Assembly (NCBI GenBank): GCA_965238005.1
Contig: OZ250165.1
Span: 2,592,001 to 2,656,000, forward strand
From: Longimicrobiales bacterium
Lineage (GTDB): Bacteria > Gemmatimonadota > Gemmatimonadetes > Longimicrobiales > Gaopeijiaceae
Length of the DNA stretch: 64,000 bases
Direction of reading: 5' to 3'
In this document: positions 11,165-20,251 of the stretch, in pieces
Position numbering within the stretch: position 1 is the stretch's first letter
How the letters are laid out: each line of letters begins with the position of its first letter
Translations under genes and position numbers: made by a program
The notes under the pieces: model-generated
Databases searched by the model: none
The model's input: the letters and a program-made list of their open reading frames with translations, nothing else
Told to the model about the DNA's origin: nothing

Positions 11165-12621
11165 GATGGTGTCCCGCTGACAGTTGAAGGTGGTGGCTCC
11201 GGAGAGTCTCCTTGTTAGCCTGCCTTTCTCATTTCGGCAACCGGTTCATGGTCGTCGAGGTGGGCCCTGAGCATCCAGAGCTGCTCGTAGCCGATGATCC
11301 TCCGGTAGCTCTTCTCGGTCTCCACGAACGAGGCCGCAGCCCAGCGCAAGGCCATCGCTCCGTTCTTCCAGTTGGTCACCCTGCGGGTCTTCTGTCTTAC
11401 GCCCGAGTGGGTGCTGTCGATCAGGTTGGTCGAGCCCAGGCACTTCCTCAGCCGCGGCGGGAGGCCGAGCCGGTTGATCGTGAACATCTCGCTGAGGCCT
11501 TCGCGTAGGCTGGCCGAGGCCGAGGGGTGGTCGCGCTCGAGCCATCGGGCGAGCTGCTCGAGCTTCTGCTCGCCCTGCTTCGCGTCCAGCTTCATCGCCG
11601 CCCGGAACGCCGCCTTCACCTGAGGATGCTGATCCTTCGGCAGATGACCCAGCACGTTGCGGAGCTTGTGGTTGCGGCAGCGCTGGATGGGGTGACGTTG
11701 GCCGAACACCTTCTCGATCGCCTTCCTGAGCGCTTTCGAGCCATCGATCACGAACAGCCGCCGCCTGCCCGGGTCCAGGCCGCGCTCGACCAGATCCTCT
11801 AGGAGCGCGCTGGTCACCTCGGCGTTCTCACTCGCTCCTTCCCTCACGCCCAGCACGTGCTTCTTTCCGTCTGAGTCCACGCCTACCGCAGCAAGCACGT
11901 GGTGCGAGCCCATCTGGATCCCGTCCAGGTAGATCACCAGGAGGTCCCACGCATCCAGCCGGCGCTCCATCAGCTCCTTCAGCACGCGCTCCGAGGCCTC
12001 GACCGTCTCACGGCTCACCGCCGACTTGCTCACCCCGACCGTGTCGGCCATCTCACCGATCACACGGCCGTACTTCCGCGTGCTCACCCCCGCCATCAGG
12101 ACCTCGAGCATCCGATCCGCCACGGCGCCCGGTCTCCGCATCGCTGCGTACGCCGGCACCTCGACCTCGCCACCCTCCCCGGCGCCCCGGCGCCTGAGCC
12201 GTGGCCGCTCCACACGCACCTTCCGGTCCGACAGGTAAACCACACCACCCTGCCGGCCATACCACACCGTGTCGTCTTCCGCTCGTGACCGACCTGCCTG
12301 CTTCACGCCTGCCACACCCTCGGCGCTCATCTCCAGCACCGCTTCGATCGTCGCTCGTCCCATCACCTGGATGACTTCGTCGATCGCGACCTCCGTCTGC
12401 TCCACGAGCTCAAGCATCGGAAGCAGAAACTGCCCCTCCCGCTTCAGGAACTCCCTGATCGCGCGCTTGTCCGCCCGATCCCTTACCTCGTACGTTCTCT
12501 TCATCGTGGTGGCTCCGTGTTGGGGTTTTTGCCTACCCGAGCCTATCGGCCCGGGACCCCCGGAGCCACCACTTTTCTTTCTCCCCTATCAGGAACCTTC
12601 AACTACGGTTGGGACAGCTTC
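11165..12621 (-). mobile_element. IS256-family insertion sequence (1457 bp)
   Basis: Imperfect 26-bp terminal IRs (GATGGTGTCCCGCTGACAGTTGAAGG vs GAAGCTGTCCCAACCGTAGTTGAAGG); 8-bp target duplication ACCGATGA at 11157-11164 and 12622-12629. Confidence 0.92.
11215..12504 (-). CDS. IS256-family (Mutator-like) transposase
   Basis: GVSTRKY, YLDG, VIDGSKAL, QRCRNHK and STNLI motifs; 429 aa. Confidence 0.93.
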   Translation of the reverse strand: MKRTYEVRDRADKRAIREFLKREGQFLLPMLELVEQTEVAIDEVIQVMGRATIEAVLEMSAEGVAGVKQAGRSRAEDDTVWYGRQGGVVYLSDRKVRVERPRLRRRGAGEGGEVEVPAYAAMRRPGAVADRMLEVLMAGVSTRKYGRVIGEMADTVGVSKSAVSRETVEASERVLKELMERRLDAWDLLVIYLDGIQMGSHHVLAAVGVDSDGKKHVLGVREGASENAEVTSALLEDLVERGLDPGRRRLFVIDGSKALRKAIEKVFGQRHPIQRCRNHKLRNVLGHLPKDQHPQVKAAFRAAMKLDAKQGEQKLEQLARWLERDHPSASASLREGLSEMFTINRLGLPPRLRKCLGSTNLIDSTHSGVRQKTRRVTNWKNGAMALRWAAASFVETEKSYRRIIGYEQLWMLRAHLDDHEPVAEMRKAG

Positions 12622-12757
12622 ACCGATGAGGGCTTGGGGCTGAGCCGGACTTTTTCCAGAAGGCCCGCCCACTCTATTCCGTCACGGCGGGCGGCGGCTG
12701 GGTCGGGTGGTGCCTTGGACGGGGTGGCCTCCTGGGCAGGTATCGCCGCCCGAGCCC

Positions 12758-14374
12758 TCACGCATTTCGGAACATCTGGATCGCCAGGCCCAGGTCGAAG
12801 GACTCACCTTGCCACAGGCTAGTCGGTGTCCCGGGATCGATACCGAGCTCCATTCTCTCGTGCTCCCTTTCGAGAGCCCTGACCGGTTCCTCTGTCAGCC
12901 GCGGCGCCTGGGGAGCGTCGGGGAATGCCCGCCCGTCAGGCCAACGAAAGTGGACCCGGCCGTCGTCCGTGAAGGCCACCCCGAATCCCTCCTCATGCAC
13001 CGCCCGGTGATGTAGACGGCACAGAAGAACGAGGTTGTCTAACCTGGTTTCTCCACCATCGGCCCAGTGTTCGATGTGATGGGCGTCGCAGAACCTGAGT
13101 CCACAGCCTGGGAAACGGCATCCCCTGTCCCTGTGGTCGAGCGCCCTCCGAATGGCGGGTGGCACCGTTCGCGTCTTCCTTCCGACATCGAGCACCGATC
13201 CATCGGTGCCGTGAGTCATGACGACACGGCTCGCGTCGCATGCCAGACGCCTCGACGTCTCCGCGGAAACGCGAACGCCGTCCTCCAGCTCGGATTCATA
13301 CGCCACGGAGCCGTCCACGGAGCCGTCCACGAGGGTCTCGGAATCGGCGAGCGCCTCGGCATCCACGTGAAGAACCACCTGAAAACGGTCTGCCCGGCTC
13401 ACCGTGGCTGCAGCCCGTCCGTCGCTGCGCTTGCCGTCGCCGCACTCGCCGGCGGCACGCCCCCCGCCCGCCTCCACCAATCCGCCCTGCAGCGCACACT
13501 CGGCGAGAAGGCCGATCGCGTCCGCCCGCCGCTGCCCCGGCGTGGTCTCCTCAGATCGGACCTCAGATCGAACCTCCGCTGCCACGGACCCTTCCACCGT
13601 GTCCGCGGCCACCCCATCCCCGGTGATCTGGGGATCGCCCACGGGGTCATCCTCCGCAGCCCTCCGGTAGACTTCATCCTCCGCAGCCCTGCGGTAGAGT
13701 TCATCCCCCGCAGCTTCGAGGGCCTTCGTCAACAGCGCACCGACCTCGGGATCCAGCCGTCCCCGGACAACGTACATGCCGTCCACATCGGGACGGACAG
13801 TGAGGAAGCGCGACCGATGCCGCTCCCGCTCCTGGCATTGCTCCTCCAAGCGGTCCACACGGCGCCACGTCCTCACGAGTGTTTCCACATGCGATGCCGT
13901 TGCGTGCTGGGCGAAGCCCATCAACTCCTCTTCGTTATCCGCCGTGGCGACGCGCGTGAGAGCTCGGGCCTTCGAGTAGGAGAGCTCTCCAAGCCGCATC
14001 TCTTCGCTCAGCAGGGGTAGATGCTCCAAGGCCCGGGCCACCCTCACCTTCTCGCGGGCAGCTCCCATGTCGATCCCGGTACGCCAGCTGAGCCAGTGGG
14101 CGCACGTCCGGAATCCCGAGCGCCACCCCTCTTTCGCGTCGAACTCACGGATTAGCGCCAGGAGGCGGTAGGTGGCCGCATCCAGGTGTGCGGCCAGCTC
14201 GGCGATCTCGTCGCCCAGGCGCTCGAGGTTCTGGGTTGACGCGCCGGCTACGACGGCGAGCGTGGGGCCGGAGTCGCAGGAAGGCACGACGGCGAGCGTG
14301 GGGCCGGAATCGCTGGGAGTGACGGCAGCGACAGCGGGGCGGACCATGGGAAGCTCCTTGGAACGGGTTAGCAT
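12758..14374 (-). CDS. DUF222 domain / C-terminal HNH endonuclease (13E12-repeat-like)
   Basis: RRLACDA, RDRGCRFPGC, CDAHHIEHWADGGETRLDNLVLLCRLHHRAVH; start may be the ATG at 14347. Confidence 0.9.
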   Translation of the reverse strand: MLTRSKELPMVRPAVAAVTPSDSGPTLAVVPSCDSGPTLAVVAGASTQNLERLGDEIAELAAHLDAATYRLLALIREFDAKEGWRSGFRTCAHWLSWRTGIDMGAAREKVRVARALEHLPLLSEEMRLGELSYSKARALTRVATADNEEELMGFAQHATASHVETLVRTWRRVDRLEEQCQERERHRSRFLTVRPDVDGMYVVRGRLDPEVGALLTKALEAAGDELYRRAAEDEVYRRAAEDDPVGDPQITGDGVAADTVEGSVAAEVRSEVRSEETTPGQRRADAIGLLAECALQGGLVEAGGGRAAGECGDGKRSDGRAAATVSRADRFQVVLHVDAEALADSETLVDGSVDGSVAYESELEDGVRVSAETSRRLACDASRVVMTHGTDGSVLDVGRKTRTVPPAIRRALDHRDRGCRFPGCGLRFCDAHHIEHWADGGETRLDNLVLLCRLHHRAVHEEGFGVAFTDDGRVHFRWPDGRAFPDAPQAPRLTEEPVRALEREHERMELGIDPGTPTSLWQGESFDLGLAIQMFRNA

Positions 14375-14763
14375 GCGGCGGTGGTTTGGGATGCCAGGAG
14401 TGTTCGGCGTGCTTGCTTGAAAGATAAGAGGGGGTTTCTCGAGGCCCTGGCTGGCTTGTGGGCGGGCCGCGGAGGGGGTGGGGGACGCCGGAAGTGTCCC
14501 GGGGTCGAGGTCGCCGGGCAGACCGAATGCCAGGCGTCGTCAGGTGCGTTCTACAGGGAGTCCCGGATCTCGACGATCATGAGGCTCAGAATCCGTCCAT
14601 GGCTGGATGAGACTACCTTGGATGGGACTACCTCTGGATTGTTGATCATCACGGGATGGCTCAGAAGGACGCGCGTCGAACCGATGGCTCCCGGCATGGA
14701 AGCCAGTAGGGCAGCACCCTGGCGGCCCCATTCCGTGGGGCCGAGCTCACGACTCGCTCCGCC

Positions 14764-17094
14764 TTACCACTGTGTATCAACCTCGTAGAGCCCTCCCCTC
14801 CGGGCTCGGACCCGAATGTGCCCTCTCTCGTCCGTCCGCAACACCCGGACGCCCGCGTCCACGAGGCGCTCCACTACCGTGGCGTGTGGATGCCCGTACC
14901 GGTTCCGAGCACCTACCGAGATCACCGCCAGCTCCGGCGATGCTCGGGACAGCAGCTGGGGAACCGTGGAAGTGATGGACCCGTGATGACCCACCTTGAG
15001 CACCTCCAGGGCGCCCGGAAGATCCGGCAGTAGCGCCTCCTCAACCTCCGTGGGCGCGTCCCCGGTGAGAAGCGCCTCGAAGGCCCCGTAGCGCACTAGG
15101 ACCACCACGGACTGGGCGTTGGAGTCGCTCTTGCCACTAGGGGCAGTGGTGGGACCGTCGGGGTAGAGAACCTCGAGCCGGGCGCCGTCCAGCTCCAGAA
15201 CGAAGCCCCGGCGAGCCTCGATCCACGGAATCCGGTTGGCCGTGGCCACCTCGAGGACGTCGACGTAGGCGTCCTTCCCTGCCGGCTGGGCCGGATCCAT
15301 GATGAAGCGCGGATCGAACGCTTCTGCGATGACCTCAGCGCCACCGATGTGATCCAGGTCCGGATGGGTGAGGACGAGCGCTTCCAGGCGATCCACTCCG
15401 CGACCACGGAGGTAGGGAAGCACGACCCGGGCGCCCGCATCCCAGGAACGCCCCCTCGGGCCGGTATCCACGAGCACCCAACGACCCGCGGGGGAGCGGA
15501 TGGCCACTGCGTCGCCTTGCCCTACGTTCAGGAAGACGATCTCGAGCGTTCCATGGCCCAGGCTCTTCTCCACCAGAGGCGCGGCACCCGCCCCCACCGC
15601 CATGACCAGGATCACCACGACGCGCCTTACCCAGGGTCTCAGTCGCCCCGAAGTCGCTCGCACCCACGCCGCACCGAGGACTCCTCCAGCTACGCAACCG
15701 ACGAGAGTCGCATCTCCCACCCACACGGAGGCGCCGGGGAGAGATCCCATGGTTCCGGCGAGACCTTCGAGCCCCCGGAGCAGGACGTCCGTGCCGCCTG
15801 CCAGGAAGGCAGCCAGCGGCGGAAACGCACGATGGACGCTGAGGGTGGCCAGGAGACCCGGGATGGCCGCAGCGACCAGGGGGGTGGCCAGCAGGGTCGT
15901 GACGATGCCAACGACCGACACCCTCCCGAAGTGCCAGGCGACGAAGGGCAGCGTGAAGAGCGTCGCCGCCACCCCGGCCGCCACGCCATTCCGGAGAGAC
16001 CTCGGCGCCCGGCGAAGCCACCCCACCCCCAGAGCCCTGCGCAGTGGAGGCGCGGCCGTCACGAGCCCGAGCGCGCCGGCGAACGAAAGCTGGAAGCCCG
16101 GCCGGCCAAGGGCGAAGGGATCCTGAAGTACGAGGATCAGGAGAGCGCTGGCGATCGCCCCGAGGGCACCGGCGGGTCGGGCCCGCAGCCGGGACACCGA
16201 GATGAGCGTGAGGATCAGGGCGGCCCGCGAGCCCGCGTCGGGAAATCCGATGAAGGCCACGTACAGCCACGTCACCAGCGTCGCCACAGCCGGCGCTGGC
16301 CTGGGCGGGACGCCCACGCCCCGAACCAGCAGGCTCACCACTACTGCCACCACACCCACATGGAAGCCGGAGATCGCCAACAGGTGCGAAATCCCGGCCA
16401 CAGCGAACGACTCACGGACCTCGGGGTCCAGTCCCTCTTTTCGGGCGAGGATGAGGGCCGAAGCTACCGGCCAGGTGTCGGGAAAGAGCTGTCGGATCCA
16501 GGTCTCGACCCGGCCGCGGAGGCGGGCACGGGCACGAGCTGCACGAAAGCCGAGGGGCTCCACGCTGGCCCGCACGTCATCGAGAACGAGCATCCCGGCG
16601 AATTGAGGCCTGTGGGCCTCCTGACGCGGAGAACGCTGCCAGCGGGCCGTGGCCGTGACGGGCTGCCCCGCCCCCGGCGCCCCCGGCTGCGTCGAGTTCG
16701 GTGGCCGCCACAGGACGCGCACCTCTCCGTGGCACCCGAGCCCGTCCACGAGGTGAAAGGGACGAGATCCCGGCCCGGGCACCGTCTCGAACCACCCCGA
16801 CACCACACCCCGGGCGCCTTCGGGCAGGTGGAGTCGACAGTCACCCTCGGCCGTTTGGCGCCGGGCGTGGGTCAGGGCGGCTCCGGCCAGGACCGCTACG
16901 GCCACTGCCAAGTGGATCCGGCCCGCCCGCCGTGAAGACCCCGCGCACGCCGGGCGAAGGAATGGCAGAACGAGTAAGGCGAGGGGAGTGAGGGAAGGGA
17001 CGTGGGAGAGGGGGGAGGCGAAGACCGTGACGGCGGCGCATCCGGCGATGAAGGCCAGGGCGAGCAGTGCCACGGGGGGCGGCCGGGGTCTCAT
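14764..17094 (-). CDS. comEC: DNA internalization competence protein ComEC/Rec2
   Basis: HLLAISGFHV, GFQLSF; MBL domain with VGQGD, THPDLDHIGG, KVGHHGS and NRYGHP. Confidence 0.95.
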   Translation of the reverse strand: MRPRPPPVALLALAFIAGCAAVTVFASPLSHVPSLTPLALLVLPFLRPACAGSSRRAGRIHLAVAVAVLAGAALTHARRQTAEGDCRLHLPEGARGVVSGWFETVPGPGSRPFHLVDGLGCHGEVRVLWRPPNSTQPGAPGAGQPVTATARWQRSPRQEAHRPQFAGMLVLDDVRASVEPLGFRAARARARLRGRVETWIRQLFPDTWPVASALILARKEGLDPEVRESFAVAGISHLLAISGFHVGVVAVVVSLLVRGVGVPPRPAPAVATLVTWLYVAFIGFPDAGSRAALILTLISVSRLRARPAGALGAIASALLILVLQDPFALGRPGFQLSFAGALGLVTAAPPLRRALGVGWLRRAPRSLRNGVAAGVAATLFTLPFVAWHFGRVSVVGIVTTLLATPLVAAAIPGLLATLSVHRAFPPLAAFLAGGTDVLLRGLEGLAGTMGSLPGASVWVGDATLVGCVAGGVLGAAWVRATSGRLRPWVRRVVVILVMAVGAGAAPLVEKSLGHGTLEIVFLNVGQGDAVAIRSPAGRWVLVDTGPRGRSWDAGARVVLPYLRGRGVDRLEALVLTHPDLDHIGGAEVIAEAFDPRFIMDPAQPAGKDAYVDVLEVATANRIPWIEARRGFVLELDGARLEVLYPDGPTTAPSGKSDSNAQSVVVLVRYGAFEALLTGDAPTEVEEALLPDLPGALEVLKVGHHGSITSTVPQLLSRASPELAVISVGARNRYGHPHATVVERLVDAGVRVLRTDERGHIRVRARRGGLYEVDTQW

Positions 17095-17133
17095 GGAGGG
17101 CCGCGGAGCCGCCGGAAAGCATCCGGATTCAGG

Positions 17134-17463
17134 CTAGAACACCTCCTCCTCCTCTTCCCCCACAGGGGGCTTGGCAAAGAGCTCCTGCTGGGTGCGATCG
17201 ATGAGGGCACGTTCCTCCCGGTCTTCCGTCTTCAGTCGCTCGCGCAGGATCGCCCGCACCTTCAGGTCGCTCTGCACGCCGGCGATCAGCATGACCACCA
17301 TTCCGGTGAACAGGCCACCGATTGCCACCATGGTCACGGGCACCCGGTTCAGAACGACGATCCCCAGATCCACCGTGACGCGCTGACCACCGATCAACGC
17401 GGTGAAGACCATGGCAACGACCAGCACCGCCAAAACACCCAGGGGCCCGGCGATGCGACTCAT
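17134..17463 (-). CDS. Small membrane protein, LapA/DUF1049-like
   Basis: Two hydrophobic segments with a short beta linker and a charged tail; start set at ATG 17463. Confidence 0.55.
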   Translation of the reverse strand: MSRIAGPLGVLAVLVVAMVFTALIGGQRVTVDLGIVVLNRVPVTMVAIGGLFTGMVVMLIAGVQSDLKVRAILRERLKTEDREERALIDRTQQELFAKPPVGEEEEEVF

Positions 17464-17515
17464 GGGCGACGTGGTCCGCCGGGATGCCTCACGGGCGTGA
17501 GAGCCACCTCCCAGC

Positions 17516-18898
17516 TCATGAGCGAGCGACGAGGACAGAAACGTCCCGCAGGCTGCCGACGAACGTCGCACCGGTGGTAGCGGTCAGGGAGACCGTCTGA
17601 TAGGTGCCTATGAGCTCGGTCGAGCCCTGGAAGGCCACCACCTTGTTCCGCCCGGTGCGGCCGAGGATCTGCCCCGGCTTCCGCGCGGTCTTCTCCACCA
17701 GGACTTCTTCGACCCGCCCCACTTCACCCCGGTTGATCTCACCCTGGATCTCGCGATGGACCTCGATGAGTCGCTCGAGGCGTCCCTGAGCCTCGTCATC
17801 GGCAATGAAGTCTTCGGCCGGGAGTCGCGTGGCGGGAGTCCCCTCACGCGGCGAATAGCGATACATGTAGGCGTCGTCAAACCGCACTTCGCGTAAGACG
17901 TCCAAAGTGTCCTCGAACTCCTCACGCGACTCACCAGGGAAGGCCACGATGACGTCCGTAGAGAGGGCGATGTCGGGCATGGCCCGTCGGGCTAGCTCCA
18001 CCTTCTCCAGGAATCTCTCCACCGTGTAGCGACGCAGCATTCGCTTAAGCACGCGGTCGTTCCCCGACTGGAGGGGTAGATGCAGCTGCTCGCAGATGGC
18101 GGGCTCCTCGGCCATCACCCCCAGGAGCTCCGGAGTCACGTCGTTGGGGTGGGGCGATGTAAAGCGCACCCGCCGAAGACCGGGGATCCGAGCCACGGAC
18201 CGGAGCAGGTCGGTGAACGACGTTCCCCCCGATCGATACGAGTTCACGGTCTGTCCCAGAAGCGTCACCTCGGTCAGGCCCGAGGCAGCGATCTCTTCGA
18301 TCTCCTTGAGGACCGCTTCGGGTCGACGGTTCTTTTCCGGGCCCCGAACGTAGGGCACGATGCAGAACGTGCACCGGTGATCGCAGCCTCTCTGGATCGG
18401 TACCCAGGCAGAGATCCGGGACTTCCGGCGTTGCGACAGGCCCTCGTAGCTCTCGTCCAGGTTCAGGTCCAGGACGGCAAGCTGGGGCCCCCGTTTCTTG
18501 CTCGATCGGGAAGGCCTGGCCCGGCGCCCCTCTTCCAGGGCCTCGAGTCGCTCGGGGAGGGATCGATACCCGTCGGGGCCCATGACGAGATCGACGAAGG
18601 GGGCCTGCTTCAGGAGGACGTCACCCATCCGCTGGGCCATGCACCCCGTGACGCCGATGATGACCTCGGGCCGCTCCCGCTTCAGCCCGTAGAGCTGCCC
18701 CACCCTACCCAACACCCGCTTCTCCGCGTGCTCGCGGATCGCACAGGTGTTGACCAGAATGACGTCGGCCTCCTCGGGTGAGGAAGCGATCTCATACCCG
18801 TGATCGGCCAGAATCCCCTCCATCAGCTCGCCGTCGCTGATGTTCATCTGGCAGCCGTACGTCTCGACGTAGGCCCGCTTCCTGGGTCTCGAGATCAT
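17516..18898 (-). CDS. miaB: tRNA-2-methylthio-N6-dimethylallyladenosine synthase
   Basis: ETYGCQMN, NTCAIRE, CDHRCTFC radical-SAM motif, TRAM C-terminus. Confidence 0.95.
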   Translation of the reverse strand: MISRPRKRAYVETYGCQMNISDGELMEGILADHGYEIASSPEEADVILVNTCAIREHAEKRVLGRVGQLYGLKRERPEVIIGVTGCMAQRMGDVLLKQAPFVDLVMGPDGYRSLPERLEALEEGRRARPSRSSKKRGPQLAVLDLNLDESYEGLSQRRKSRISAWVPIQRGCDHRCTFCIVPYVRGPEKNRRPEAVLKEIEEIAASGLTEVTLLGQTVNSYRSGGTSFTDLLRSVARIPGLRRVRFTSPHPNDVTPELLGVMAEEPAICEQLHLPLQSGNDRVLKRMLRRYTVERFLEKVELARRAMPDIALSTDVIVAFPGESREEFEDTLDVLREVRFDDAYMYRYSPREGTPATRLPAEDFIADDEAQGRLERLIEVHREIQGEINRGEVGRVEEVLVEKTARKPGQILGRTGRNKVVAFQGSTELIGTYQTVSLTATTGATFVGSLRDVSVLVARS

Positions 18899-20238
18899 GT
18901 TGAACTCAGTTGAGGATGCAGTGACAAGTCCATGTCGGAGGGAGCCGACGGATCGAGCTCAATATACAGGTCTTGGCCCAGCCCCCGTAGCCGACCCTTG
19001 TGCAGTCGTCCCAGATGCGACGTTCCCACCCCTCCGGCACCCACACGTAGGTAGTCACCCGTGAGGGCCAAACGGCCCTGGGCCTCCAGCGTCACCTCGG
19101 CGCTCTCGCCGGAGCGGGAGCTCCGGTATCGCCGGCCTTTCTCCTGGGCTAGCGTCCTTATCTCTCGGCTCCGCTCCCCGGCGACGCGCTGGGGCACGGG
19201 GTCCGGGAGCCTTGCGGCCTCGGTGCCGTCCTTGGGTGAGAAGGGGAAGACGTGGAGGTAGGTGTACGGGAGCTCCTCGACCAGTCTCATCGTGGCTTCG
19301 TGATCATCTCCTGTCTCGCCCGGAAAACCGGTAATCACGTCTCCGCCGAGGCCGAAGCGCGAGAGTCTCGCCGCGATCTCGAGGGTCCGGGCCCGGTAGG
19401 TCTCCCTGGTATGCCAGCGCCTCATGCGGTGGAGCACGGGATCGGCCCCACTCTGGAGGGGCATATGGAGGTGAGGGGCCACCCGGCCTCCCGAGGTGGC
19501 CATCAGCTCCGGGAGGAGCTCGTCGACCTCCGTGGCTTCGATACTGCCGAGGCGAAAGCGGACGTCCGGCACCTGGTCCAGAAGGCCGGCCAGCAGCTCG
19601 GAGAGGGTGAGTGGCTCGTCCAAGTCACGCCCGTAGTGGCCGATATGGATGCCGGTAAGAACCAGCTCCGGATGATGCCCGGCGAGGACCGAGGCCTCGC
19701 GAATCACCACCTCGGGCGGTCGCGAGCGGCTCGTGCCCCTGGCCAATCGCGTGGCGCAGAAGGAGCAGCGTCGGTCGCAACCGTCCTGAATCTTCAACCA
19801 ACCCCTCGTGGCCCCTTCCCTGCGCGTCAGGATGGACGCGCCCACAGGCTCGAGGTCCAACCGATCCAGGCTTCGCTGCATGCCCAGCTGGACCAGCCCG
19901 CCGTGGATGTCCACCACGGCCCGGGCCAACTCCACGGGATCGTGGCCCGCCACGACGGCCTCGACCTCGCTCATGGCCTCGTACTCGGCCGCCCTGAGCG
20001 CGGCGGAGCACCCCGCTACGATCACTCGAGCCTCGGGTCTCTCCCTCCGGAGCCGGCGGATGAAGCGGCGAGCCTCGGCGTCGGCGGCGTTGGTCACCGT
20101 GCAGGTGTTCACCACGCATACCTCGGCGGGGGAGTCTCGATCGACCGTTCGGGCGCCACGGGCTTCCAGCTCCTGCCGCATGCGCTCCGTGTCGTACTGG
20201 TTGGCCTTGCAGCCGAAGGTGTGATAGAGGACCCGCAC
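18895..20238 (-). CDS. mtaB: MtaB-like radical SAM methylthiotransferase
   Basis: TFGCKANQYD, NTCTVT, KIQDGCDRRCSFC, LTGIHIGHYG and HVFPFS; start uncertain (GTG 20238 chosen). Confidence 0.8.
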   Translation of the reverse strand: MRVLYHTFGCKANQYDTERMRQELEARGARTVDRDSPAEVCVVNTCTVTNAADAEARRFIRRLRRERPEARVIVAGCSAALRAAEYEAMSEVEAVVAGHDPVELARAVVDIHGGLVQLGMQRSLDRLDLEPVGASILTRREGATRGWLKIQDGCDRRCSFCATRLARGTSRSRPPEVVIREASVLAGHHPELVLTGIHIGHYGRDLDEPLTLSELLAGLLDQVPDVRFRLGSIEATEVDELLPELMATSGGRVAPHLHMPLQSGADPVLHRMRRWHTRETYRARTLEIAARLSRFGLGGDVITGFPGETGDDHEATMRLVEELPYTYLHVFPFSPKDGTEAARLPDPVPQRVAGERSREIRTLAQEKGRRYRSSRSGESAEVTLEAQGRLALTGDYLRVGAGGVGTSHLGRLHKGRLRGLGQDLYIELDPSAPSDMDLSLHPQLSST

Positions 20239-20251
20239 GTCGCCTGCCGCG

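Noticed and set aside
13303..14321. CRISPR array suggested by short repeats near an HNH nuclease
   Set aside because: The repeats are adjacent tandem copies without spacers, lie inside the ORF and differ from one another; there are no cas genes.
12758..14374. IscB/Cas9-like RNA-guided nuclease
   Set aside because: No PLMP or RuvC motifs; the architecture is DUF222 plus a C-terminal HNH.
14551..14697. 48-codon minus-strand ORF ending GRILSLMIVEIRDSL
   Set aside because: No RBS or convincing family similarity.
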